Position numbers and translations under genes: made by a program
Part shown: one piece after another, positions 9,394 to 18,566 of the stretch
How the letters are laid out: the number at the start of each line of letters is the position of its first letter
How positions within the stretch are numbered: position 1 is the first letter of the stretch
Origin: a virus
Lineage: Duplodnaviria > Caudoviricetes
DNA length: 58,829 bases
Reading direction: 5' to 3' (one strand)
IMG/VR virus record: IMGVR_UViG_3300050139_000074
Span: 1-58,829 of that record
Notes under the pieces: model-generated
The model's input: only the letters and a program-made list of their open reading frames with translations
Database searches by the model: none
What the model was told of the DNA's origin: nothing

Positions 9394-9428
9394 TTGACAA
9401 CAATGAAATATGTGTTAAGCTCTTAACA
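9394..9428 (+). promoter_or_regulatory. sigma70-like promoter with overlapping palindromic operator
   Basis: TTGACA-16-TAAGCT; perfect inverted repeat TGTTAAG-CT-CTTAACA at 9413-9428. Confidence 0.85.
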
Positions 9429-9446
9429 GAAAGAGGGGTGCATACC

Positions 9447-10085
9447 ATGAGCGACAATATCCTGCAAAGAATTATAGACAAGCATATAGAAGATCGTGAA
9501 GTACTGAAGGCGCTCCGAGCGAAACATGCCGAGGAGCTCAGAGGCATTGAGGAACTCCAGAAGAAGCGGGAGGATGCGCTTCTTGAACGCGGAGACATGA
9601 CATGCTTCGCATACCTGACTGACCTCTTCGTCAACGGGCGTGACGGCAAGGCCGAGGTGAAGAAGAAGGAAGAGAGCATATCGCTCGACCAGAGCCGTAT
9701 TGAGTCCTGGCTCCTGAAGATGCTCAAGGGTGTGGGCGAGGGCATCAAGACTGAGTTCGGCACAGTGTACCTGACTCGGAAGGAAAGCGTCACTTGTAGT
9801 GACTTTGAAATCTTTTTTAACCAGAATCTTTTAGCCCCAGCGGTGAGTGCTTTAAAAACTGAGTTGGAAGCGCGGGCCGGGATAGAACTCCCGCCCAAAG
9901 AATTTTTTATGCTCCAGCTCTTCGAGCATATGCACCTGGAGTTTCTGACGAAGGCTGTCAGGAAAGAATCAGTTCTTGAACTGATGGGTGAGCAGAGCAA
10001 AGATGGGTCGAGACCGAACCCGCCGCCGGCGGGGGTCAATTATGTCGCCGTTCAGACCGTTGGGGTGAGGAAGGCTACGAAATAA
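9447..10085 (+). CDS. phage replication-module protein (coiled coil, KTEFGTVY motif)
   Basis: GAGGGG RBS; position upstream of SSB-like gene. Confidence 0.7.
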   Translation: MSDNILQRIIDKHIEDREVLKALRAKHAEELRGIEELQKKREDALLERGDMTCFAYLTDLFVNGRDGKAEVKKKEESISLDQSRIESWLLKMLKGVGEGIKTEFGTVYLTRKESVTCSDFEIFFNQNLLAPAVSALKTELEARAGIELPPKEFFMLQLFEHMHLEFLTKAVRKESVLELMGEQSKDGSRPNPPPAGVNYVAVQTVGVRKATK

Positions 10086-10087
10086 GT

Positions 10088-10300
10088 TTGGGTAGTCGGA
10101 GCTGCCATCCGACATAAGAGACACCTTAGGGAGCGCGACCCTACGTGAAAAAGAATGTGGCAACGGGGCGTAATAACTGGTCTGATATTATATGCGCTGC
10201 ACTGCGCGGCGACCCGAGAGGGTTGGATTCACACTGGTGAACTACGTAGTAGGAAGAGATCTCGCCCGATTCAAAATTAACCCGCCCTTCGGGGCCAAAC
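10088..10300 (+). ncRNA. candidate structured RNA / 5' leader
   Basis: About eight hairpins in 210 nt of non-coding DNA including GAGA and UUCG tetraloops and a possible pseudoknot. Confidence 0.5.
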
Positions 10301-10318
10301 CACAAAGGAGAAACAACC

Positions 10319-11350
10319 ATGAGTAACTTTCCAGCATTACCTGATCAAGCACCAAACTATGCAGCACTTCTGTCCCAGTGCCCAGAACTCGCCCTGATTA
10401 ATCAGGAAGCGGCAGCAGGCATCTCTTCTGGCATGCCGCCATCAATCGTCGCGGCCAAGGGTCGTTTCACCATCAAAGAAGGTGGCGTTGATACTCAGTG
10501 CGTCTTCCCCGCAGTTACACCGCAGGGCGAACCCCACCCCGCCGCAGGCCAGCCGATCTCAGTTCTGAGCACCGTGATTCTCAGAGGTAAGCCTGCCATT
10601 GAGAAGGTCTGGTACGCAACCAAGTTTACACCTGGGCAGGAACCACAGTCGCCCGACTGCTTCAGTCTCGATGGTGTTAAACCTGACAGTGCGGCGAAGA
10701 TCAAGCAGTGTGAAGCCTGCGCCGGTTGTGCCCAAAACGTCTTCGGCTCGGGAGCGAACCAGGACGGTACGCCGTCCAAAGGCAAGGCATGTACTGACCG
10801 CAAGATCATCGCCATCTACGCTCAGAACTCGGTCTACCGCTTCGCAATTCCGCCGGCGTCACTCGGCAACTTCGTTTCATATACGAAACAGCTTGATGCT
10901 CGGGGCATACATCTGCCTACCGTCATTACCGCCATTGGCTTCGACGCTGTTGACGACTATAAACTCACCTTTAATTTCGGCGGCATGCTGGCCGAGGCAG
11001 CAGTAACCGGTAAGATCCTCCCGATGCTTACTTCCCCAGAGGTGATGGAGATCGTTGGGGCAAAACCATCTGCGACGCAGATCGCACATACTCCGGTGAA
11101 CCAGGTAGCTGACCTGGACGCTGCGCGTCAGAAGAAGGAACAGGAGGATGCTGCGGAGAAGAAAGAGAAGGCAGATAAAGCAGCTGCTGCGAAGAAGGCG
11201 AAGGATGATGCGGCTAAGGCGAAGGCAGCTACTACTGCGCAGGGTGATGGTCTCGGTCTCGACATGGGTGCCGCAGATCCTGTGAAGCAGGAAGCAGGTG
11301 CTACCTCCGGTCCTTCGGACGACGAGATCGCCAATCTTTTAGGGTTGTAA
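10319..11350 (+). CDS. putative single-stranded DNA-binding protein
   Basis: PDCFSLDG, CxxCxQN..GS, GKAC, PPASL core; low-complexity linker and acidic C-terminal tail; AAAGGAG RBS. Confidence 0.7.
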   Translation: MSNFPALPDQAPNYAALLSQCPELALINQEAAAGISSGMPPSIVAAKGRFTIKEGGVDTQCVFPAVTPQGEPHPAAGQPISVLSTVILRGKPAIEKVWYATKFTPGQEPQSPDCFSLDGVKPDSAAKIKQCEACAGCAQNVFGSGANQDGTPSKGKACTDRKIIAIYAQNSVYRFAIPPASLGNFVSYTKQLDARGIHLPTVITAIGFDAVDDYKLTFNFGGMLAEAAVTGKILPMLTSPEVMEIVGAKPSATQIAHTPVNQVADLDAARQKKEQEDAAEKKEKADKAAAAKKAKDDAAKAKAATTAQGDGLGLDMGAADPVKQEAGATSGPSDDEIANLLGL

Positions 11351-11359
11351 AAGCATGAA

Positions 11360-11388
11360 TCTACGCCCCTTATTCCGAGGGGCGTAGA
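11360..11388 (+). terminator. hairpin, possible terminator or processing site
   Basis: TCTACGCCCCT-7-AGGGGCGTAGA 11-bp stem, no U-tract. Confidence 0.45.
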
Positions 11389-11407
11389 ATCTAAAAGGAG
11401 GCAGCAG

Positions 11408-12310
11408 ATGGAAGAACAAAAACAAAAAATAGCAGTTCTACACCACAACGATGCTGACGGTTTCGGAGCCGCATACGCCTGCCGGAAAGCTCTGAGCGAT
11501 ACCTCGGAGATGATCTACTTGCCGGTGCAGTACGGGCAGGAACCGCCATATGAGGCGCTCCGTGCCTTCACTCCTGAGATGGTCTACATCGTAGACTTCT
11601 CCTACAATCTTGAAACCCTGTTGATGCTTGAGTCAGCCTTCGGAGCCCTTAGGGTCATCGATCACCACAAGACTGCGGAAGAGCCTTTGATGGCGTTCGA
11701 CGCACAGAAAACGAACGAGTTAAGCGGGGTGCTATTTTCGCTCACACGCTCTGGTGCAGTGCTCACCTGGGATTTCTTCGGGGACATACATGGTCTGCAA
11801 GCACCTCCAATCCTTCAGTATGTGCAGGACAGAGACCTCTGGAAGTTCGAACTCCCGGATTCAAAAGCGGTGAATGCGTATATTGCGACTCTTCCGGAAG
11901 AGTTTGAGGCATGGGACAACTTCAACGTGGATGAGGCTGTGCGACAAGGAAATGCAATTCTCGCCTTCCAGAAGCAGCAGATTGAGTGGAGGTTAAAGGA
12001 TGTGGTGGTGCTATACTGGAACTTCTTTGAAGGGGCTTTTCAACGAGGTGAAGGTAGCGGTATTAACCGCACATGTCCTGTACCCTTCGTCAACGCCACA
12101 GACAACATCTCGGAACTCGGAGAGGCAATGTGCTTTGCATACCCCGATGCACCGTTCTCAGTCAGCTACGCTGATCGTCCAGACGGCAAGAGAAGTTACT
12201 CGCTCCGAAGCAGGAACGGTTTTGATGTGAGTGCAGTTGCGAAGGCGTTTGGAGGTGGGGGACACAGCGCCGCCGCAGGATTCACTTTAGCAGCACCAGA
12301 TATTATTTAA
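11408..12310 (+). CDS. DHH/DHHA1 family phosphoesterase
   Basis: HHNDADG, VDFS, IDHH, DRDLW, SLRS, GGGH. Confidence 0.92.
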   Translation: MEEQKQKIAVLHHNDADGFGAAYACRKALSDTSEMIYLPVQYGQEPPYEALRAFTPEMVYIVDFSYNLETLLMLESAFGALRVIDHHKTAEEPLMAFDAQKTNELSGVLFSLTRSGAVLTWDFFGDIHGLQAPPILQYVQDRDLWKFELPDSKAVNAYIATLPEEFEAWDNFNVDEAVRQGNAILAFQKQQIEWRLKDVVVLYWNFFEGAFQRGEGSGINRTCPVPFVNATDNISELGEAMCFAYPDAPFSVSYADRPDGKRSYSLRSRNGFDVSAVAKAFGGGGHSAAAGFTLAAPDII

Positions 12311-12415
12311 CAGTTTGGGGCACGGTTCGGGTAGCGCGTCTAAAGCCTCTGCGTCCGGAAAAACTTAAAGCTGTGAATACCGACCCCAATTCAACTTTTC
12401 AAAAGGACGTAACAA

Positions 12416-12940
12416 ATGTTCAAAACGATCCTAAATAAAGTGCTCGCCCGATGGGTTCCAGATTACGGCTTGATGATGGCACAGCAGAAGATGTTTAACA
12501 AGCTGGAGCGGAGTTGCGTTGACTTCGAATACAGACTTACTGCGGCGCACAATGATTTTAAGAACGGCGTGTCAAAAGAGTTTGACGCATTACAGGCAGA
12601 TTTAGCTCTCCGTGTCAGGAACGACCTCGACAGGGCGGTTACGCATTTACAGGGTCTAAACAATATATCAGATCTCCGTAGTGACATAGTTAATTTTGAG
12701 CTCCGGGTAGACGCCCTTTGCGCGGTCTGTGGTGTCGAAGTAGTAATCAGCATGGGTGAAGTATTTACCAGTGAAATCAGTGAAGAATCGGTGGCGCGTA
12801 TGCAGGCTGCTGCCGCAGTTTGGGAGCTGAAAGCAGAGACCGAGAGAGCGAAGCAGGTTGCGGAACGCCTGAGGGGTACGCTGCTAAAACTTGAAGCAGA
12901 TTTGAGACAGAGGAGCAAAACCAATGAACGAAAAATTTAA
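12416..12940 (+). CDS. hypothetical coiled-coil protein
   Basis: AAGGA RBS, 174-aa ORF. Confidence 0.7.
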   Translation: MFKTILNKVLARWVPDYGLMMAQQKMFNKLERSCVDFEYRLTAAHNDFKNGVSKEFDALQADLALRVRNDLDRAVTHLQGLNNISDLRSDIVNFELRVDALCAVCGVEVVISMGEVFTSEISEESVARMQAAAAVWELKAETERAKQVAERLRGTLLKLEADLRQRSKTNERKI

Positions 12941-13205
12941 AGAACTCGGTCCGCTCCTTGAGAGGGCAGGAATCACCAAAGGTGAAGCCTCGGAGATTTT
13001 CCGAACTTCCCGGCCTACAATATATACGTGGTGTGAAGGACACGGCCCGACGCAGATGATCGTTCAGGACGCTGCTCTCCGTGTGATGTGTGCCATCGGC
13101 AAAGCGTGTGATGCCGGAGCACTGCCTCTGATTGACGTCGAGAAGGATGAGCGGGTAAAGCTCCTCCGCGGGGTACTGCGTACCCACTTGAACAGCGGGA
13201 AATAA
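12924..13205 (+). CDS. Cro-like helix-turn-helix protein
   Basis: GITKGEASEIFRTSRPTIYTW HTH pattern; GAGGAG RBS. Confidence 0.75.
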   Translation: MNEKFKELGPLLERAGITKGEASEIFRTSRPTIYTWCEGHGPTQMIVQDAALRVMCAIGKACDAGALPLIDVEKDERVKLLRGVLRTHLNSGK

Positions 13206-13290
13206 ATTCCCTCTTGACACACCTATGGTTCGGGAGTACTCATTGACTCCCGCCTTTCTGCTATGTCTCTAAACCCTCGGAGGCTTCACT

Positions 13291-14025
13291 GTGATTTATT
13301 TTTCCAAACCTGGTTCCGGCATACTGCTACACGGTGACTGCCTCGAAGAGATGAAGCGATTGCCAGCCCAATCGGTTGACATGATTCTTTGTGACTTGCC
13401 CTACGGGACAACAGCTTGCAAGTGGGACACAGTAATCCCTTTTGAGTCGCTTTGGGCGGAGTATGAAAGGCTTTGCAAGGGGGCAATAGTGCTGACAGCC
13501 TCACAACCTTTTACTTCGGCGCTTGTAGCGTCGAACATAAAAAAATTCAAGCATGAGTGGATCTGGAAGAAGTCGCGGTACACCGGGTTCCTCCAATCGA
13601 AGTTTATGCCGATGAAAGCACATGAATCAGTGCTGGTATTCAGCTTCTCAGGGAAGACCGCAGTATATAACCCCCAGAAAACAGTAGGACACATACCTAC
13701 AAACAGTGCCACTGGATACGGCCACTCCCCCACTTTTGGCGCTTCAAAGGAACGTAACTACCGTGGTGGTGACACCACTAGGTTCCCCCTGAGTGTACAG
13801 CATTTCAAAAATGAGCGGGGGTTGCACCCCACCCAGAAACCCGTCGCCCTCTTTGAGTACATGATCAAGACGTATACAAATGAGGGGGCGCTCGTCCTTG
13901 ATAACTGTGCCGGTTCAGGTACTACAGCCGTCGCTTGTGAGAATCTTAATCGCCGTTGGTGCTTGATTGAGAAAGAGCAGAAATATTGTGACGTAACAGT
14001 GGCACGGCTCCGAGATAACGCATGA
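13291..14025 (+). CDS. DNA adenine/N4-cytosine methyltransferase (beta class)
   Basis: GDCLE, DLPY, HPTQKP, VLDNCAGSGTT. Confidence 0.93.
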   Translation: MIYFSKPGSGILLHGDCLEEMKRLPAQSVDMILCDLPYGTTACKWDTVIPFESLWAEYERLCKGAIVLTASQPFTSALVASNIKKFKHEWIWKKSRYTGFLQSKFMPMKAHESVLVFSFSGKTAVYNPQKTVGHIPTNSATGYGHSPTFGASKERNYRGGDTTRFPLSVQHFKNERGLHPTQKPVALFEYMIKTYTNEGALVLDNCAGSGTTAVACENLNRRWCLIEKEQKYCDVTVARLRDNA

Positions 14026-16826
14026 GCGTTACATTCATTCGCAGGCTCCTTCCCAGTTCCGGGGTTCTCTGTTCAGGCATACTCCAAGCAGGCGGTGGGT
14101 TCAAGCATCGCTGGTTCTCCACACCGGAAGACCTTTATGCTCAGGTACTCGCTGCTGACCAGCAGGGTGCTACGGTCTACATCGCCCAGGCTTCTTTTAA
14201 GACGCAGGGGTCAAGGGCGCAGATTAATGCTTCGCTCCTTCGTAATTTCTTCTTAGATCTCGACTGCGGACCGGGGAAACCATTTGCCACACAGATGGAC
14301 AGCTACGCAGCACTTAAAGAGTTCTGCGTTACAACCGGGTTACCCTTCCCCTCCTTCGTGTCCTCAGGACATGGCACCTACGCCCACTGGATAATGGACC
14401 AAGATATTGAGGCTACACAGTGGCGCGGTGTAGCCACCATCCTGAAGAAGCTCACGCTGCACCACAAGTTTGAAGTTGATCAATCCCGTACCTCGGACTC
14501 CTCCTCGGTGCTCCGCCCCATCGGTGTACATAACCGGAAGCATGGTCTGGTGAAGCCGGTAAGGCTGCTCTTTGACGCTCCTGACATTTCGTTCTCCTAC
14601 TTCCTTGAAGTGCTCCACAAGGCAGCGCACAAGGCAAAGATCGAGACGCAGATCCTTGAGCCTCCGAAGGAGTCCTTGTTCAAGGGATTAAATGATGAGT
14701 TCTCGTCGGGGATCGCTGGTCCTGAGTCCTCGCTCCTCCTTGTCGCAGACAAGTGCGCTCAGGTTAAGTTGGTGCGCGCGAAGCGGGGAGATGTTTCTGA
14801 GCCTCTCTGGTATGACTTCATTGGTCTCGCCAGGCACTGTTCCGAAGGAACAGACCTTATCCACGAGTGGAGCGCGGGGCATCCGGACTACACCCCCTCT
14901 GGGTGTGATACAAAGATCCAGCATCACATAGCCTCCGGTGTCGGCCCGACAACCTGTGGCAAGTTCGGCGCAGATAATCCTGAAGGCTGCGTTGCCTGCC
15001 CTTACGTGAACAAGGTCAAGAGTCCTATCGTTCTTGGCCGGCCAGAGGCACCGATACTTACGGCGGAAGCCGTAGGATCTGAAGAAGAGGAACATCACAC
15101 CCCGTACGGTTTCCAACGTCGTGAAGATGGGCTCTGGTTCAGCAATGAAGGTGTGTGGCAGCGCTTCTACCCATATGATATGTATGTCGCCCGTCTCGCC
15201 TACGATAGGTCGGTAGGTTACGAAGTAGCCACGGTGAGACACAAGGCACCGTTCGAGTCGCAGTACAAAGAATTTAATCTCCGGAGCGCGTTACTCCACG
15301 ATACCAAACAATTACTCATGGCGCTGGCAGACAGTCACGTACACACCCCTGCGGGCGAGCCAAGAAAGCAGATGGTGAATTATATGGATGGCTGGTTGAG
15401 CGACCTCCGGGCGAAGAGAGCACTCTCGAATCTTCATTCACAGATGGGGTGGTACGAGAAAGATGGCGAACTATCATTCGCCCTGGGCGCCAAGGTGTTC
15501 AGGAAAGATCAGGAAGTGATGGATGCAGGCCTCGCCCGGAACGTGCCTGATATTGCCAAGTCGTTCAGAAAGGAAGGTGACAGTGATGATTGGAGCGATG
15601 CTACGAAATATCTGGGCATGGGTGGCATGGAGCCTATGGCGTTTGCTTTTCTCGCCGGTGCCTTCGGGGCGCCTCTTCTCAGGTTCACAGGTTACGCTGG
15701 TGCGATGGTGGCGCTCGTGGGTGACTCAGGCATCGGTAAAACGCTTCTGGGCGAGTGGATCATGTCGATGTACGGAGATTCTAAACAGCTTATTCTCCAG
15801 AAAGAGGATACGAAGAACTTTTTGGTTCAGAGGCTAGGTCTCTACGGCTCCCTCCCACTCTACGTCGATGAAATCAGTAATATTGATTCACAGGAATTCT
15901 CCGACTTGGTCTACCGTGTCACGCAAGGCAGGGACAAAGGAAGGTTGAACCGGAGCGGGGTGGAGCGGGAGTTCACGAACTCTTGGAACACCATCGCCGT
16001 CGTATCATCCAATCATTCATTGATGGACAAACTCTCGACGTTGAAGGCTGATGCCTCCGCCGAGATCAACAGGATCTTTGAAGTGCAGTGCCCACGACTC
16101 TCCGCCTTCGGTCGTGAAGAAAGCACCTACGTATACCGCACGCTGCGGAATAACTTCGGAGTCGGCGACACCTTCATCCAGTATCTGGTTGATCACCAGG
16201 AGCAACATCAGGAGAAGATAGACATGCTGATTGCCCAGATCGACCAGAAGACAGGGGCAAGACCAGAGGAAAGGTTCTGGTCAGTCGTGGCCGGTACGGC
16301 CATCTACGGAGGTCTCATCGCACATAAACTAGGCATCATTAAGTTCTCACCGGCGAAGATCCTCTCGTGGGTCGTCGAGCACATTCTCTCCATGCGCGAG
16401 AACAAGAAGGAGCAGGTGACGAACCAGATTGACTTCCTCGGCCAGTTCCTCGATGAGCATCTGCAGGGCGCCATGATCTGCAATAACAACGGTAAGGGTG
16501 AGATGCCCTCCATGCTCAAGGAGCCTCGTGGCAATCTGGTGTACCGCATTAATCTCGATACGCACAGACTGTACATTGCTCGTAACGTCCTGAAGAAATA
16601 CCTTGATAAGCATTACGGCAGCTATACGAAGTTAAAGGCGGAGGTTCAGGCAATCGGAGCGCTGGTAAATGCGGATTCACGCAAGGTCCTCGGCGCAGGT
16701 ACATGGCTCAGCGGTTCGCAGACGCCGGTGTGGGAGATAGACCTCAAGGTGCCGGCCCTCGGACGTACGGCCCTGACCTTGGTAAGGAAGGCGGCTGCTG
16801 AAGATCTAGGGGTGGGTAAGGTATGA
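14022..16826 (+). CDS. primase-helicase (RepB-like primase plus DUF927-type helicase)
   Basis: FLDLD, SGHGTYAHW, VLR, Cys cluster, Walker A GDSGIGKT, VDE. Confidence 0.88.
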   Translation: MSVTFIRRLLPSSGVLCSGILQAGGGFKHRWFSTPEDLYAQVLAADQQGATVYIAQASFKTQGSRAQINASLLRNFFLDLDCGPGKPFATQMDSYAALKEFCVTTGLPFPSFVSSGHGTYAHWIMDQDIEATQWRGVATILKKLTLHHKFEVDQSRTSDSSSVLRPIGVHNRKHGLVKPVRLLFDAPDISFSYFLEVLHKAAHKAKIETQILEPPKESLFKGLNDEFSSGIAGPESSLLLVADKCAQVKLVRAKRGDVSEPLWYDFIGLARHCSEGTDLIHEWSAGHPDYTPSGCDTKIQHHIASGVGPTTCGKFGADNPEGCVACPYVNKVKSPIVLGRPEAPILTAEAVGSEEEEHHTPYGFQRREDGLWFSNEGVWQRFYPYDMYVARLAYDRSVGYEVATVRHKAPFESQYKEFNLRSALLHDTKQLLMALADSHVHTPAGEPRKQMVNYMDGWLSDLRAKRALSNLHSQMGWYEKDGELSFALGAKVFRKDQEVMDAGLARNVPDIAKSFRKEGDSDDWSDATKYLGMGGMEPMAFAFLAGAFGAPLLRFTGYAGAMVALVGDSGIGKTLLGEWIMSMYGDSKQLILQKEDTKNFLVQRLGLYGSLPLYVDEISNIDSQEFSDLVYRVTQGRDKGRLNRSGVEREFTNSWNTIAVVSSNHSLMDKLSTLKADASAEINRIFEVQCPRLSAFGREESTYVYRTLRNNFGVGDTFIQYLVDHQEQHQEKIDMLIAQIDQKTGARPEERFWSVVAGTAIYGGLIAHKLGIIKFSPAKILSWVVEHILSMRENKKEQVTNQIDFLGQFLDEHLQGAMICNNNGKGEMPSMLKEPRGNLVYRINLDTHRLYIARNVLKKYLDKHYGSYTKLKAEVQAIGALVNADSRKVLGAGTWLSGSQTPVWEIDLKVPALGRTALTLVRKAAAEDLGVGKV

Positions 16827-18367
16827 ACTACCTTTCAATCTGCAGCGGGATTGAGGCCGCATCGGTAGGGTGGCAGCACCTTGGATGGAAAGCTCTCGGT
16901 TTCTCAGAAATTGAGTCCTTCCCTTCAGCGGTGCTGAAGCACCACTACCCTGAAGTACCGAACCTTGGCGACATGACGAAGCATAAAGACTGGAGTTTCG
17001 ATGAACGCATTGATCTATTGGTGGGTGGCTGCCCATGCCAGGCATTTAGTGTTGCAGGTGCAAGACGGAGCCTGGACGACGAAAGAGGGAATCTCACCCT
17101 CACCTTCTGTAATATCGCTGATCAGTTTGAGCCTCGGTTTACCCTTTACGAAAACGTCCCAGGAATACTCAGCACCAAGGATAACGCCTTCGGCTGTCTC
17201 CTCGCTGGCCTTGCAGGACTCGATGAAGCCCTTGAAACTGAAAAAGGCAAATGGCCTGGTAACGGTCTGGTCATCGGCGGAAGACGGAGAGTGGCGTGGG
17301 TCACTCTCGACGCTCAATTTTTCGGTGTACCGCAGCGAAGACGCAGGGTGTTTGTCCTTGCCGTCGATGCCCAATCTGTCGCAGATTCTCCAAACCTCTG
17401 CCCATCCAAGATTCTATCTATCGGCACGAGCATGCGCCGGGATACTCCGCCGCGCAGAAAAGCGGGGGAAGAAACTTCCTCCTCAACTGGAGGAGGCGTT
17501 GAGAGCTGTTACGGCATAGACGAAGAATGTAACGCCTCGGATAATCATTTTGGTCCTTTACTGCGAGGCGGTCAAGGTGGAACGCGACAGCCTGTCGCGT
17601 TCCAGCAGAATACGAGGGACGAGGTTCGTTTGATCGGCGGAGAGGGGCTCCTGCCAGGAGCCCTTGCGGCACAGGCGGGGATGAAGCAGACGAATTATAT
17701 TGCTGAAGGCTACCACACCACCGGAGCCGGTTACTGGCAGGAAGGTTCAGGAACTTTAAGAGCGCGGGAGCAGGACTCGCATGAGAATCTGGTTACAATA
17801 ATGGCCCACGGACAAGCCAATGCCGAGATACGAAGCGACGGCGAACCGCCGTCGCTGACTTGTAACCATGAGGCACCTATTGTGGTTCACGGCGCACAAG
17901 ACCCTTGCACCTCTGATATTGCTTTTGCACAGGGTAGGAATAATGGTGGTGAGAATGTTGTCGCTTATTCGATGATAACCGCGAACACAGGTGCTAACGG
18001 CCTCGGACTCGGATTCGAAATAAACCCTACTCTTGACCGAGCGCAGCCTAACGCTGTTGCTTTTCAACAAAACGCTTCCGGTGAAATTTTCACCGGAGCG
18101 TTGGCAGGTACAGTCGGTACAAACCCAAATGCATCGGGGCGTAATACTCAGATGATTTTTACAGGGGTGGGAAAAACGCCGTTTACGGTGCGCAGACTTA
18201 CTCCCGAAGAATGTGAAATTTTAATGGGATTTCCGGTCGGGTACACCGACATTAAGCTGAAAGGTAAACCTACACCTGACGGGCCGAGATATAAGGCACT
18301 TGGTAACTCAATGTGCACATCAGTGATGCGGTGGGTCGGAGGTCGAATTGAAATGGTACGAGATTGA
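16823..18367 (+). CDS. dcm: C5 cytosine DNA methyltransferase with long variable region
   Basis: CSGIEA, GGCPCQ, ENV, QRRRR, RRLTPEEC..LMGFP, YKALGNS. Confidence 0.93.
   Translation: MNYLSICSGIEAASVGWQHLGWKALGFSEIESFPSAVLKHHYPEVPNLGDMTKHKDWSFDERIDLLVGGCPCQAFSVAGARRSLDDERGNLTLTFCNIADQFEPRFTLYENVPGILSTKDNAFGCLLAGLAGLDEALETEKGKWPGNGLVIGGRRRVAWVTLDAQFFGVPQRRRRVFVLAVDAQSVADSPNLCPSKILSIGTSMRRDTPPRRKAGEETSSSTGGGVESCYGIDEECNASDNHFGPLLRGGQGGTRQPVAFQQNTRDEVRLIGGEGLLPGALAAQAGMKQTNYIAEGYHTTGAGYWQEGSGTLRAREQDSHENLVTIMAHGQANAEIRSDGEPPSLTCNHEAPIVVHGAQDPCTSDIAFAQGRNNGGENVVAYSMITANTGANGLGLGFEINPTLDRAQPNAVAFQQNASGEIFTGALAGTVGTNPNASGRNTQMIFTGVGKTPFTVRRLTPEECEILMGFPVGYTDIKLKGKPTPDGPRYKALGNSMCTSVMRWVGGRIEMVRD
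17223..17519 (+). CDS. overlapping-frame ORF resembling beta subunit of split C5 methyltransferases
   Basis: +1 frame inside dcm; LSQILQ...FYLSARACAGILRRAEKRGKKLP; AGGA just upstream of ATG 17223 (frame open from 17001). Confidence 0.6.
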   Translation: MKPLKLKKANGLVTVWSSAEDGEWRGSLSTLNFSVYRSEDAGCLSLPSMPNLSQILQTSAHPRFYLSARACAGILRRAEKRGKKLPPQLEEALRAVTA

Positions 18368-18518
18368 ACCAAAGGACCGAATATCTTTCTCCCCGAGTCC
18401 AGGGGAGTCGCAGACCCGGACAGTTCTGTCCGTACATGAAGGGTGGGTCAAGGTCTGGTGCGGCGGGGTGGAGAGAATCGTATTCGATAACGAGATTACA
18501 GGATTGGTGAGGAAATAA
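18348..18518 (+). CDS. small hypothetical protein (56 aa, MKWYEIEPKDRISF...)
   Basis: GGAGGT RBS before TTG; read manually. Confidence 0.55.
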   Translation: MKWYEIEPKDRISFSPSPGESQTRTVLSVHEGWVKVWCGGVERIVFDNEITGLVRK

Positions 18519-18546
18519 ATTATTGAGGCTCTGCCTCGCCGAGAAG

Positions 18547-18566
18547 GGGCACCCTACGGGGTGCCT
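18547..18566. terminator. hairpin at the convergence of the two transcription arms
   Basis: GGCACCC-TACG-GGGTGCC stem-loop. Confidence 0.5.

Noticed and set aside
12313-12392. tRNA gene
   Set aside because: No 7-bp acceptor stem, no TTCGA loop, no anticodon arm
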